DNA of 64,000 bases, taken from IMG/VR virus record IMGVR_UViG_3300024518_000036. One strand, 5' to 3'. The notes beneath the pieces were generated by a model, which saw nothing but the letters and a program-made list of their open reading frames with translations, had not been told where the DNA came from and did not search any database. This DNA comes from an uncultured virus (IMG/VR IMGVR_UViG_3300024518_000036) (taxonomy: Duplodnaviria; Heunggongvirae; Uroviricota; Caudoviricetes). The translations under genes were made by a program, and so were the position numbers. Below, one piece after another: positions 53,469 through 62,610 of this stretch (the stretch's first letter is position 1; the number at the start of each line of letters is the position of its first letter).

Positions 53469-54795
53469 CGAGCACCTCTTCCTCAGAGAGCCACCAGGAC
53501 AGGAGAGCGAACGCCTCGGAGTCCTTGCAAGCTGCGCAGGTGACGGTCTCCAGGTCCCGCGTCTTCAACAGTGCAGTGTCACTGCCGCAGGCAGACCCAG
53601 AACGAGACGACATGTGAATGGTTGCCAGCTCGACGGTTCCACGAAGACCCGCGTTGGTCAGGAGAACAGTCTCGATAGACCGCATACTCATCTTCTCCAT
53701 CTGCTCCCTCAGCAGCCCGAGAAGGTCTCGCAGGTCCTTTTCCGCCATCAAGTCGATCCCGTCTGTCGAGTCATCGCCTCCCTGCTCAGGCTCGTCTTCT
53801 CCGACGACCTCGACAGGTGCGACTTCGACCGCCACCTCTTCCTCCTCATAGAGAAGCGCTGCCTCAACCACAACTGGAACAACGACGGGGACAACTGGGA
53901 CAACGACGGGGACAGCTTCGTTCACGCTTTCCTCCTCAGCCTCGACTACCTCAGCCTCGACTACCTCGACTTGTTCAGTCTGAACCAGCTGCGGCGGCTC
54001 CTCCGTCACGGGCAGGGCCACCCGCCGCGATCCCATCGGCGTCAAGTACACCCGACCCTTTCGAGTCAAACCAGTCGCCAGCTCACCGAGCTGCTTGTCC
54101 GTCAGCGACTCTCGTAGGAGAATATCCACCGAGCCTGTGGCAGAATCCTCCTTCCACCACAGAGTTGAGGTTGGGTACGCGCCCAGCACGGCCTCGAACT
54201 GCTGCTCGACCGTCGCCTCCTTGTACTTCTGAAGACGGCTGAAAGCCTCGTAGACTCTCCCTCGAACGACCCGCTTCTTCCGAGGCCTTGAGACGGACTC
54301 CAATGCATCCCGAGCCTGCGACGGGCTCCGCTGAACCAGCAACGGAAAGAAGAGACCTCCTTTCTCGATGATCTCCAGGATGTCATTCTGACAAGCAGAA
54401 CGCCGATGCTGTCGAGCCGAGAGTGCTTCCTTCAGCTCCGTCTCGACATCCTCGCTTGTTTCTTCGGTCAAAACCGCGAGGCTTGGCTCCTCCCAGGTGC
54501 CCGCTGCAATGGCTGAAACGGCCTCGGCTGCCTTCGACACGCCGTTCTCGAAGACGACGGGTCGATACCCCGCTCTCTTCTCTGCAACACAGACATCATA
54601 GGCCGCGTGTGAGATGGATCTGGTTCGGCATACAATGACGTCCATGCTGGACGGGATTGGACCGGACACGTCCGGGAAATTGAAGCCCACATGACCTTCT
54701 CGCTTGATTCGGTCGGCGAGACTCTGTGCGTGCTCACGGCTACTGACTATTGCTACTTTTAGCATCTTCTTCTCCTGCTTGTTGTTGTCACTCAT
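53458..54795 (-). CDS. Hypothetical protein; N-terminal DUF2325/receiver-like fold, V/E/P low-complexity segment, C-terminal Zn site
   Basis: KVAIV...MDVIVCRTRSISH...PVVF; H...ACG...VTCAAC. Confidence 0.6.
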   Translation of the reverse strand: MSDNNKQEKKMLKVAIVSSREHAQSLADRIKREGHVGFNFPDVSGPIPSSMDVIVCRTRSISHAAYDVCVAEKRAGYRPVVFENGVSKAAEAVSAIAAGTWEEPSLAVLTEETSEDVETELKEALSARQHRRSACQNDILEIIEKGGLFFPLLVQRSPSQARDALESVSRPRKKRVVRGRVYEAFSRLQKYKEATVEQQFEAVLGAYPTSTLWWKEDSATGSVDILLRESLTDKQLGELATGLTRKGRVYLTPMGSRRVALPVTEEPPQLVQTEQVEVVEAEVVEAEEESVNEAVPVVVPVVPVVVPVVVEAALLYEEEEVAVEVAPVEVVGEDEPEQGGDDSTDGIDLMAEKDLRDLLGLLREQMEKMSMRSIETVLLTNAGLRGTVELATIHMSSRSGSACGSDTALLKTRDLETVTCAACKDSEAFALLSWWLSEEEVLDDK

Positions 54796-54955
54796 CACTC
54801 ACCTCCCGTCTGAACAGGGCCAGCGCGAGATACCCCGCGACCGGGCTGACAAACAGGGCCAGGATGACGCCATCGACTTCTGCGACCGACCACCCCGTCG
54901 CCACTAAAGCCAGCCACAAGGCAAAGGCTCCCCACTCGGTCAGCTTTCTACTCAT
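54788..54955 (-). CDS. 55-aa two-TM membrane peptide (not in ORF track)
   Basis: MSRKLTEWGAFALWLALV...LALALFRREVSDE, bounded by two junction repeats. Confidence 0.65.
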   Translation of the reverse strand: MSRKLTEWGAFALWLALVATGWSVAEVDGVILALFVSPVAGYLALALFRREVSDE

Positions 54956-55358
54956 CACTCACCTCCCGCCCTTCGGCGTCGAGAAATACGAGGGTGCCGG
55001 GCCACGGCCCTTGCCCCATGTCCATTCCTTTCAGCGCGTATGTGACGAACGGAGCCAACAAGGCGTAGTCGATGCCCGCTCGCTCGATATACGGCTGCAC
55101 TTCCGCCACCGTCCCACCGTCCCAGGCGAGGACGAGGGCAGACAGACCAGTCCCTATTCGCAGCGGCCTCAGCCGCCCCTCGTGGTCTGGGTGCGGACAG
55201 CCTCCGGCAATGCCCATCCATGTCCCGTGCTCCTGGTGGCCATGTCGGCACATCCAAAACGCGGCAGTTGGAGGACGCGCCCCGCAAGGCCCCTCTTTCA
55301 ACAGCCCGAATGGGTCACCCTCGGCTGGGATCAGGAGAACCGCTTTGATCTCACTCAT
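54948..55358 (-). CDS. Hypothetical protein (paralog of 60923-61270)
   Basis: Shared MSEIK..LL.PAEGDP, CGARPPT, ALVLAWDG, GTLV.LDAEGREVSDE. Confidence 0.75.
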   Translation of the reverse strand: MSEIKAVLLIPAEGDPFGLLKEGPCGARPPTAAFWMCRHGHQEHGTWMGIAGGCPHPDHEGRLRPLRIGTGLSALVLAWDGGTVAEVQPYIERAGIDYALLAPFVTYALKGMDMGQGPWPGTLVFLDAEGREVSDE

Positions 55359-55872
55359 TTAGTGCCTCCTCAACCGCATCGGTCATCAGGAGAGTCAGGG
55401 CCTCCAGGGGATGTAGCGCCCGCAGCTCTTCCTGGCCGTTCGTTTCCCTCCACCCCTTCGGGTGATCGGTGCCGGATCGCCTGTACCAAACGACGCGGTA
55501 TCGAGGAGGGCCCCTGCGCCGCCCGAACCCATCGGTCGAAGGGCCTTTCACCTTGGAGACGCGCCCGATGTTCTCCGAGGTTTCGGGCCGTCGACCCGCA
55601 AGGTGTCGTTTGCTTGGGAGGAGCTTGCCGACCCAGGTGACCCAGGCTCCCGGAACCAGCTCCTGAGGGTTCCGCCTCGCCGCCTTCAGGAGGCGCTCGA
55701 TGTCGAGGGCGCCACCTCGATCGACGCTGTCTCCGTCGCTATCGGCTCTGCTTGGTAGCGCCGACGACGGCGGGCGCGGACACCACCTACAAGCGCCGTC
55801 AGAATACCTGTTATAGCCGTCGGTCATATCCACGCCGCACTCAGCGCAGTTGTAGGTCATGGGGGCGCTCAT
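55351..55872 (-). CDS. Hypothetical protein with N-terminal Zn finger and SH3-like part
   Basis: CAECG...CRWC; ends HPLEAL. Confidence 0.6.
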   Translation of the reverse strand: MSAPMTYNCAECGVDMTDGYNRYSDGACRWCPRPPSSALPSRADSDGDSVDRGGALDIERLLKAARRNPQELVPGAWVTWVGKLLPSKRHLAGRRPETSENIGRVSKVKGPSTDGFGRRRGPPRYRVVWYRRSGTDHPKGWRETNGQEELRALHPLEALTLLMTDAVEEALNE

Positions 55873-56309
55873 GGCGTCACCTCGTCGATCTCAAGCGCGG
55901 CTCGCACCTTGTTCAACTTCCGCTCGTAGCAGCCGGACGTGTGCCCACCTGCACCTTCTGCGACATCCTGGCCGCAGAACTTACACTTCGATAGCCGTGC
56001 CTCGGCTTCCTGCGCCGCGTAGGCTTCCTCGTTGGTTATGTCCTCGATGGCCTGCTCTACTCCGCTGGCCCGCACTTCGGCGTCTCGCTGTGCGGCCCGC
56101 ACTTCGGCGTCTCGCTGTGCGGCCATGTGGACCGGGGCAGTCTCGTAACTGGTTTCGTCCGCAGTCGGCGTGTAGTCTTCGCCCGTGCGCTCGGCCTCGG
56201 CCAGTGCATGGTGGTGGACAGCACACAGCCACAGACCGCAGCACCGGCACTTCCGCGTGACTGCCGCACCACAGGCGCGAAAGGCCCCGGCTTCACAAGT
56301 CTCACTCAT
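55869..56309 (-). CDS. Zn-finger protein with a 27-bp tandem duplication
   Basis: Cys/His clusters; repeat at 56067-56124 (AAQRDAEVR x2). Confidence 0.65.
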   Translation of the reverse strand: MSETCEAGAFRACGAAVTRKCRCCGLWLCAVHHHALAEAERTGEDYTPTADETSYETAPVHMAAQRDAEVRAAQRDAEVRASGVEQAIEDITNEEAYAAQEAEARLSKCKFCGQDVAEGAGGHTSGCYERKLNKVRAALEIDEVTP

Positions 56310-56404
56310 CACTCACCTCCTGCCCTTCGGCCACTCAGCCAGTCGTCAGCCAGCACGAAGTTACCTTCGGGCTTGTGGCCCGTGTAGCGGTCACAGATCT
56401 TCAT
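56309..56404 (-). CDS. 31-aa peptide (not in ORF track)
   Basis: GGAG RBS; MKICDRYTGHKPEGNFVLADDWLSGRRAGGE; fills the gap exactly. Confidence 0.45.
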   Translation of the reverse strand: MKICDRYTGHKPEGNFVLADDWLSGRRAGGE

Positions 56405-56422
56405 CAGGTCTCCCGAGGGCGG

Positions 56423-56767
56423 TTAGGTCGTGATCGTAACAGGCGTCAGCGAGAAGTCCCGACAGCGCCACCCGCTGTTGCGACGGTATCGAACGTCACC
56501 GCAAAACATGGTGAGTTCACCCTTGGGAGCGCCAGCCAGTGAGGCGGCGAGATCTTCTGTTGAGCAGCACCAAGTGGGCCAATGGGCTGTGAGGTCAAAC
56601 TCACGGGAGGTGCGCGGATCGTTCGCAGTGACAGTAAAGAGGGGAGCCATGGGCGTACCTCTGCGCGGGTGAGTGCGCCCCTCAACCTTGACGGTGTAGT
56701 GATCGCCAACGGCGGTGAGAACGTGAGAGGTGACGTACTCGCGGAGGTGGCTGTTGACCTCACTCAT
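56423..56767 (-). CDS. Hypothetical protein
   Basis: ATGA coupling to the upstream gene. Confidence 0.55.
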   Translation of the reverse strand: MSEVNSHLREYVTSHVLTAVGDHYTVKVEGRTHPRRGTPMAPLFTVTANDPRTSREFDLTAHWPTWCCSTEDLAASLAGAPKGELTMFCGDVRYRRNSGWRCRDFSLTPVTITT

Positions 56768-59016
56768 AATCCCACCCCCAAAATCAGGTACGCGGCTCCA
56801 GCATTGGAGCCGAACGCATTGTCGTCACCCGCTCCGAGGAGCAGGTCTCCGTAGCCGTCGCCGTTCAAATCTCCCGCCGCGAGCACATGCCTGCCCAGTC
56901 CATCCGAACCTTCGTCGATACCGACGCCGATGATGTCAGCATCACTGTCAGAGAGACTGTGCGTTCCTTCTGGCAGCAAGGCAAACAGCCTCACACCGCT
57001 TTGGAGTCCGACAGCGATGACATCGTTGGAGTACCCGACGCTCAGTCCCACCCGGTCGATGGAGTCCTCTCCATCGATGCGAATTTCCGCATCGCGCAGG
57101 TTCATGGGTGCAACGGGACCGAACACCACATAGGCGCACCCGACCTGGGCGCCCTGATACGGAGCACCTACCAGCAGATCGAGGTAGCCATCTCCATTGA
57201 TGTCGCCTCCGCTCAGAGACGTACCAGCGCCCTCCGCAATGTCATCACCTGCTAGGGTCATCCCCACGTCGTCTAGCTCGATATACCCACTATCGGCCCC
57301 ATCCAAGACGAAGGCTCCAGACAAATCCCCTAACGGAGAACCGAGGACTGCCTCGTCGATACCGTCCCCGGAGAGGTCCAGGCTGGCAATGACAGTGCCT
57401 ACCTCACCAAGGGGTGTCCCTTCGTACAACGTGTCGGCGATCATGCTGGCATTCCCGGCCCCACTCCACGGCGGAATCCGGAAGACCTGACCTTGGCCGT
57501 AGCCTCCGGCGGGCGCTCCCACAAGGAGGGAGTCTTCCGCCCGAACCATTTCGGTGCCAAACTCACCAGGTTCACTGATTACAGTAGGTGCCCCATCCAA
57601 GTCGGGTGTCCCTATCGTCGAGGCGGGGAGGACATATACCTTTCCGTCCGCCTTGTTACCGACGGCAAGGTCGTCTTGTCCGTCTCCGGTGAAGTCGCCC
57701 AGTCGGACGACTGCTCCATCAGCAACACTACCAAATCCAATGCCTCCAGACTCTGCGAAGACCGCATCAGCCTGAGCCACAAGATCGAGGTTCCCTCCGA
57801 CTAGGGGGCCGTGCAACAGGTAGACATTCTTGTAGCTGTCGCCGACGGCCAGATCGTCGTAGCCGTCGGCGTTGACATCGCCCACTGCCCACATTCGCTC
57901 CCCTATATGAGCACCGTTGACGGCTTCATAGAGAGTAGTCGAGGCGATGCCCCCTACCAGGTGGCTCCCCGTAAGAGAGCACGGCCCGACTCCGCTATCG
58001 CAGTCGTTATCGATCCCGTCGTTGCAGATCTCGACGGCGTTGGGATTGACCAACACGTCGCCGTCATCGCAGTCGGTATCGTCGGCGACATAGCCGTTGG
58101 GTTGATCGCAGTCTATGTCAGACGTATCAGGGTCACCAAATGTGTCACTGTCGAAGTCGCGATACCACGTCAGAATGTCCACCTCGTCGCCGTCGTCGGT
58201 GATCCCGTCGCAGTCCGAGTCGAGCAGATCACAGAACTCGACGGCGTCCGGGTTGACCATGGGATCGCCATCGTCGCAGTCGGTGTTGTCGACGACATAG
58301 TCAGCAGGGACTGAACAACCCTCAACTTGGTTGAGATCGTCTCCGAAGCCATCGGCATCGGTGTCGGCATAGTACGTGCTTAGTACACCTTCATCGACCT
58401 CGGTATCGCAATTGTCATCAGTGCCGTTGCAAACCTCTACGGCTCCAGGAAGTACAGCGCTATCGCCGTCATCGCAGTCATCTTCGTTAGCAACAAACCC
58501 TTCGGGGCTCTGGCAAGCAAATGACCAGTTAGCCGGGTCGCCGTAGCCATCACCGTCGGTGTCGGCGAACCAGACGGGCGTGACAACGGAAGGGTCTGCG
58601 TCATCGCAATCGAGGTCGTTATCGGCGTAGCCTGGCGGCAGAGAGCACTGGACTAGTCCAGGTTGCCCCAGTGCTCCGGCTCCGTCGCCGTCCCTGTCTG
58701 GGAACACGGCAAAGAACTCGGCATCTTCATCCGCTGGGCCATCGCAGTCGTCGTCCCGACCGTTGCACCCATCCATCTCGACGCCGGGATGGATGTCTGC
58801 ATCTTCATCGTTGCAGTCCACTTTGTCGACTGCATAGCTGCCGACTACCCACCCCTTTGGGGGGGTTGCTGCGGGTTTACAGGTCCAGTCATTTCCACTG
58901 TGCGGATTGCCATAGCCGTCTCCATCAGCGTCCTGATGAAAGATCGTCATGCCTCGTAGGCACACCGAATCACACCCTCCTGCAAGCAGCAGGAGGCCAA
59001 GTATACTTTTTCTCAT
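56764..59016 (-). CDS. Lipoprotein with MopE-like putative metal-binding (DCDD) repeats and FG-GAP beta-propeller
   Basis: Lipobox LAGGC; repeated D.DGDG.G and DCDD...PGA.E.CNG.DDNCD; GDVNADGYDDLAVG, GDINGDGYLDLLVGAP. Confidence 0.9.
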   Translation of the reverse strand: MRKSILGLLLLAGGCDSVCLRGMTIFHQDADGDGYGNPHSGNDWTCKPAATPPKGWVVGSYAVDKVDCNDEDADIHPGVEMDGCNGRDDDCDGPADEDAEFFAVFPDRDGDGAGALGQPGLVQCSLPPGYADNDLDCDDADPSVVTPVWFADTDGDGYGDPANWSFACQSPEGFVANEDDCDDGDSAVLPGAVEVCNGTDDNCDTEVDEGVLSTYYADTDADGFGDDLNQVEGCSVPADYVVDNTDCDDGDPMVNPDAVEFCDLLDSDCDGITDDGDEVDILTWYRDFDSDTFGDPDTSDIDCDQPNGYVADDTDCDDGDVLVNPNAVEICNDGIDNDCDSGVGPCSLTGSHLVGGIASTTLYEAVNGAHIGERMWAVGDVNADGYDDLAVGDSYKNVYLLHGPLVGGNLDLVAQADAVFAESGGIGFGSVADGAVVRLGDFTGDGQDDLAVGNKADGKVYVLPASTIGTPDLDGAPTVISEPGEFGTEMVRAEDSLLVGAPAGGYGQGQVFRIPPWSGAGNASMIADTLYEGTPLGEVGTVIASLDLSGDGIDEAVLGSPLGDLSGAFVLDGADSGYIELDDVGMTLAGDDIAEGAGTSLSGGDINGDGYLDLLVGAPYQGAQVGCAYVVFGPVAPMNLRDAEIRIDGEDSIDRVGLSVGYSNDVIAVGLQSGVRLFALLPEGTHSLSDSDADIIGVGIDEGSDGLGRHVLAAGDLNGDGYGDLLLGAGDDNAFGSNAGAAYLILGVGL

Positions 59017-59020
59017 GTTT

Positions 59021-60379
59021 CTACCCGTGTTTGACGTTCAGTTCTTTGGGCGTGTCTTGCATCAGCCACCAGAGAATCATTGAGGCGCCCTTCTCGGCGT
59101 CCTTCTCGGCATCCCTCCACGCCATTGGGTCCGAGGGCGCTACATAAACCGGCTGGCTGTGCTGTTCCCGACTGAAGAATCCCAGCCACGCTTCGCCCAT
59201 ATCGTCGCGGGACGCGACGGTGAGTTTGCCCGCGTCGTTCTTTCCAAACTCCACCCAACTCGTCACGCCGACGTTCTGATAGACATCACCCGACACAAAC
59301 ATGTTCAGGCCCATCTCCTCAATGGATTGATCGACCTGAAGGATTTCCTCGACGAACTCGGGCGACGTGCCAGAAATGTAGACCTCGTTGAGGTTCCACT
59401 CCTGATTGGCCGTGCCCAAGCCGGTTATGCCCGCCCGTAGCACGCCGTAGGCAGGTTCTCCGAGGAGGATCTCCTGCCAGCTCTTCTTGTCCCATTCCAT
59501 GCCGCCGAGATCTGCTCCCTTGTCGGGATCCTCCTCAACTGCTCCGAGATCCATCTGGGCGTTCAAGTTCAGCCATTCAGATATGCCTGTAGCCTGCTGC
59601 TTCGGTGGAGCGTCCACAATGGCCCACTTCAGCCCTGCCGCAAAGGCGGTGGCGACCTCAACCGGCTCGTCACTTCCGAGAGCGAGCTTACGAGCCTGCC
59701 GCTTGACCACCATTTCCGCATCTGCAACCGTGGTTCTGAGGCCAATCATTTGGCCCCGGAAATACGCTTCATGCGCGGGTCCACCCGTTAGCGGGTGGAA
59801 CTGCTTTGCCATCCAGCCCACGCCGGCAGATGTGGCCCCGTCGATGCGACCGTCGATCAGATCCTTGAATGTAGCCTTGACGAAGTCGGCGCCCAGTCGG
59901 ACGATGGCTTCGTCTGCTGAGTTGAGGGAGTTTGTAATCTTCGCAGACAGGCTCCCTGCGATTCCTGCCGACGCTGCGCCGGTCGAGGCTACCGCAGCCA
60001 ACTCAATTGCAGTCAACAGGGTGCTAGGAACGCGGACGGGAGCCGCGTCGTTGTGCAGGTCATCCAACACATCAATTCTGGCCTCAACGACTTGTCCCGC
60101 CGCTGTCCCGGCCGCATCGACCTGGAGACCGAGTTCGACCATATCGATCTCACCGACTTCGAGCCCGACCTCGTCGACTTCCTCCTCCGCTGCCCCCAAG
60201 ATCCCAGAGCCCTCGTCTTGGGGGGCGGCGAGGTCTTGAGCCGCAGCAGCATTACCCCACGGAGCGAAACTCTCTTCCGGGCGATCCGAGGTTGTTGTTT
60301 CTTCCTCCGTTAACGATTGTTTAGTTGTCTGCTTCATCTCTTCTCCTTTCCCATTGAAAAATTGCATTCCGGTGCCCAA
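59021..60379 (-). CDS. Acidic helical hypothetical protein, possible effector-like cargo
   Basis: N-terminal PWGNAAAAQ; hydrophobic Ala/Gly segment; start uncertain. Confidence 0.65.
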   Translation of the reverse strand: MGTGMQFFNGKGEEMKQTTKQSLTEEETTTSDRPEESFAPWGNAAAAQDLAAPQDEGSGILGAAEEEVDEVGLEVGEIDMVELGLQVDAAGTAAGQVVEARIDVLDDLHNDAAPVRVPSTLLTAIELAAVASTGAASAGIAGSLSAKITNSLNSADEAIVRLGADFVKATFKDLIDGRIDGATSAGVGWMAKQFHPLTGGPAHEAYFRGQMIGLRTTVADAEMVVKRQARKLALGSDEPVEVATAFAAGLKWAIVDAPPKQQATGISEWLNLNAQMDLGAVEEDPDKGADLGGMEWDKKSWQEILLGEPAYGVLRAGITGLGTANQEWNLNEVYISGTSPEFVEEILQVDQSIEEMGLNMFVSGDVYQNVGVTSWVEFGKNDAGKLTVASRDDMGEAWLGFFSREQHSQPVYVAPSDPMAWRDAEKDAEKGASMILWWLMQDTPKELNVKHG

Positions 60380-60536
60380 AGAGGCACCAGACCTTCCAGT
60401 CTGAATCTCTGGACCTACACTCTGGTATCGGGTGAGTGAGTGCCCAGCCTACATAAAGGCAGGTAAGTCCCACGAAGCCCAGAGAAAGCCACCCCGCTGC
60501 GCGAGCGCAGCGCTTCAGTTTCGACTTCTCACTCAT
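60321..60536 (-). CDS. Small single-TM protein
   Basis: Starts at a junction repeat; hydrophobic helix. Confidence 0.6.
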   Translation of the reverse strand: MSEKSKLKRCARAAGWLSLGFVGLTCLYVGWALTHPIPECRSRDSDWKVWCLFGHRNAIFQWERRRDEADN

Positions 60537-60930
60537 CACTCACCTCCCGCCCTTCGGCAGCTTCTAGTGCAGCCACAAGGGCCTCGGCTTCGATAGACCC
60601 GTCAATCGGTGGGCGGCTCAACCACTTCCCACCCTCGGCGGCAGGACTGCACACCGTGAACCAGTCAGGGGCGCACGACAGAACATAGACGTAGGGGTCA
60701 CCCCAAGCCTCCCGAACCAGCGCAAGCAGGCAGCCCAGCGTGGCCGGGTCGGTGAGGTCGGGAGGAGTCGAGGGCATAGGGTAGGCCGCGCCGCCTACAT
60801 CCTCCAACACCGCAGCCCCAGAAGCCTGCACTACCCGCGCCGCTTGACCTTCGCTGTCAATAGCTCGCATCCCCGGCATCCACCGCCAGCCCTTACAGGC
60901 GACGGCTCTCTTGGCTAGTTCGTTACTCAT
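60529..60930 (-). CDS. Phage-type hypothetical protein
   Basis: WRWMPGM...PDLTDPATLGCLLALVREAW...EAEALVAALEAA. Confidence 0.75.
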   Translation of the reverse strand: MSNELAKRAVACKGWRWMPGMRAIDSEGQAARVVQASGAAVLEDVGGAAYPMPSTPPDLTDPATLGCLLALVREAWGDPYVYVLSCAPDWFTVCSPAAEGGKWLSRPPIDGSIEAEALVAALEAAEGREVSDE

Positions 60931-61270
60931 CACTCACCTCCCGCCCTTCGGCGTCGAGCAGGACGAGGGTGCCGATGGCTTCCCACTTGGCCTTGTAGTA
61001 CAGGACCATCTCGAAGCCCTGAGCGAGCCAAGGCCCACGCCCACAAACACGAGATGCGCGGTCCAACCCCCCCGCCACCGGCTCACCGTCCCAAGCAAGG
61101 ACGAGAGCGTCATCGTCGATGGTGGGCCAGCCCCTCAACCATACGTCGCCGACCTTCACGACAGTCGGAGGACGTGCCCCGCATTTCCACGCAGCACTGT
61201 TCGGGTCTCCTAGTAGCTTATGTGGGTCACCCTCGGCAGGTTCGAGTAGTATGTGCTTGATCTCACTCAT
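60923..61270 (-). CDS. Hypothetical protein (paralog of 54948-55358)
   Basis: Shares the same motifs as 54948-55358. Confidence 0.75.
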   Translation of the reverse strand: MSEIKHILLEPAEGDPHKLLGDPNSAAWKCGARPPTVVKVGDVWLRGWPTIDDDALVLAWDGEPVAGGLDRASRVCGRGPWLAQGFEMVLYYKAKWEAIGTLVLLDAEGREVSDE

Positions 61271-61356
61271 CATCCACCTCCAGCCTGTGCCTCGGCGCAG
61301 TACTCACACCCACATCCGTCACCTCAAGCGCAGCGATGAAAGTTCTTTTCTTCTGC

Positions 61357-62499
61357 TCACTCACTCTCACCGCCCGAAGCCACGTCTCCTGGGCCTGCCG
61401 GGAGATGGACGACCGTTACGAGCTTTCCGCTGAGGGCCTTCAGTTCGGCAGCAATGTCCTCGGGACTCATGTCCTCCGAAGGCACTTCAACCTCGTCGGT
61501 GTCCTCGGAAGCAGCAAGAGCCGGTGAAGCCGCCGCCTTGGGCTTGGCCGTACCACCCAGCTCCGCCTCGGCATCGGAGACGAAGGCGTCGAACCAGGCT
61601 CCTTTCAACACCTCTCCGGTGGCGAACCACTTCAACACAGCCCGCTGGTCATCGGACAGCGTCTTGGCCACCTCGGTGCCCAAGGCCTTGCGGAGCCACA
61701 CCCGCTTGATGCCGCGCTGGTTGGCCGAGCGTCCCGACTTCTTCTTGGTGACCGTGGTCGTGGTCGTGGTCGCAGCAGCTGTAGCCGTTGCTCCGCTGCC
61801 AGCGGTCTGTCCTGCCGTCCCGCTCCCTGCGGCGGCCTTGTTGGTGTTCGACCCCGTTACCGCTGCCTTGGCCTGCGACTCGGACACCCGGGTGCCCCCT
61901 GCCGCCGTGATGAGTGCTTCCAGCACGGGCTTCTGCTCCTCCCGCTTCAACCGCGACACCTCGATGGCTGCCGTCACCGAGATCTGACCCGCCTTCACCG
62001 CAGCGTGGACACGGGTGTCCGCCTCAACGAGGATCAACCAGTTTTTGATGGTGGTCTTGCTCTTGCCGAAAGCAATGGCAACCTCGTCGATGTCACCGAG
62101 GATGTCGTGAAGCCGCTGAGCCTTCACGGCCTTGGCAAGAACGTCATCGCTCTGGCGAAGCTCGTTGGCGCTGATCATGATGCCCTGCACCCGCTTGTCG
62201 TCAACAGTCTTCGGGAGGACCGGGACCTTCACGCCGTACTCACCGGCCGTGTCAGCAGTGCCCGCCGCTTTTCTAGCAGCCCTGACCCGTTGGCGACCGT
62301 CAATCACGATGGTCATACCAGCCTCCTGCCGGACCAGGACCGGGACCTGGATGCCGTAGACGATGATGTTCTTCACCAGATTCTGGTCTACCGGAAGAAA
62401 CACCCGTTCGTCAAAGAGGGGGTGCTCGTGCCGGTCATCGGTGTCCAAACCGATGATGACAAGGCTGTTGGGGTCCACGTACTCGATTTTCTGCGCCAT
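61357..62499 (-). CDS. ParB/Srx N-terminal domain plus HTH protein
   Basis: YGIQVPVLV...VIDGRQRVRAA...ANELR; IAFGKSKTTIKNWL. Confidence 0.85.
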   Translation of the reverse strand: MAQKIEYVDPNSLVIIGLDTDDRHEHPLFDERVFLPVDQNLVKNIIVYGIQVPVLVRQEAGMTIVIDGRQRVRAARKAAGTADTAGEYGVKVPVLPKTVDDKRVQGIMISANELRQSDDVLAKAVKAQRLHDILGDIDEVAIAFGKSKTTIKNWLILVEADTRVHAAVKAGQISVTAAIEVSRLKREEQKPVLEALITAAGGTRVSESQAKAAVTGSNTNKAAAGSGTAGQTAGSGATATAAATTTTTTVTKKKSGRSANQRGIKRVWLRKALGTEVAKTLSDDQRAVLKWFATGEVLKGAWFDAFVSDAEAELGGTAKPKAAASPALAASEDTDEVEVPSEDMSPEDIAAELKALSGKLVTVVHLPAGPGDVASGGESE

Positions 62500-62519
62500 G
62501 ATTGGCTCCTGTGTTGTTG

Positions 62520-62610
62520 TTCTTGTGCTGTTTCTGTTGTGCCCCTCTCGGAGGCGAGTTTTCTCGTCACCTGACGGAATCTGTCAAGTGGCAAGAGGTT
62601 TGTCAACTGG
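62520..62610 (-). promoter_or_regulatory. Sigma70-type promoter region with two TTGACA hexamers and an A/C-rich leader
   Basis: TGTCAA twice on the + strand (about 62582 and 62601); AGGAG RBS before the ParB-like gene. Confidence 0.5.

Larger units (their letters stand above)
54790..61281 (-). repeat. Dispersed gene-junction repeat GCCGAAGGGCGGGAGGTGAGTGATGAGT
   Basis: Copies at 54790-54808 (19 bp), 54950-54977, 56304-56331, 60531-60558, 60925-60952; degenerate copy 61265-61281. Confidence 0.9.

Noticed and set aside
54790..61281. Junction repeats as a CRISPR array or integron attC sites
   Set aside because: Spacing is gene-sized and irregular, the repeat is not palindromic, there are no cas genes and no RYYYAAC/GTTRRRY ends
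30957..62582. 13-bp match AGATTCCGTCAGG in two promoter regions (30957-30969 and inverted at 62570-62582)
   Set aside because: Only two copies in opposite relative orientation; 13-mer matches are expected by chance in 64 kb
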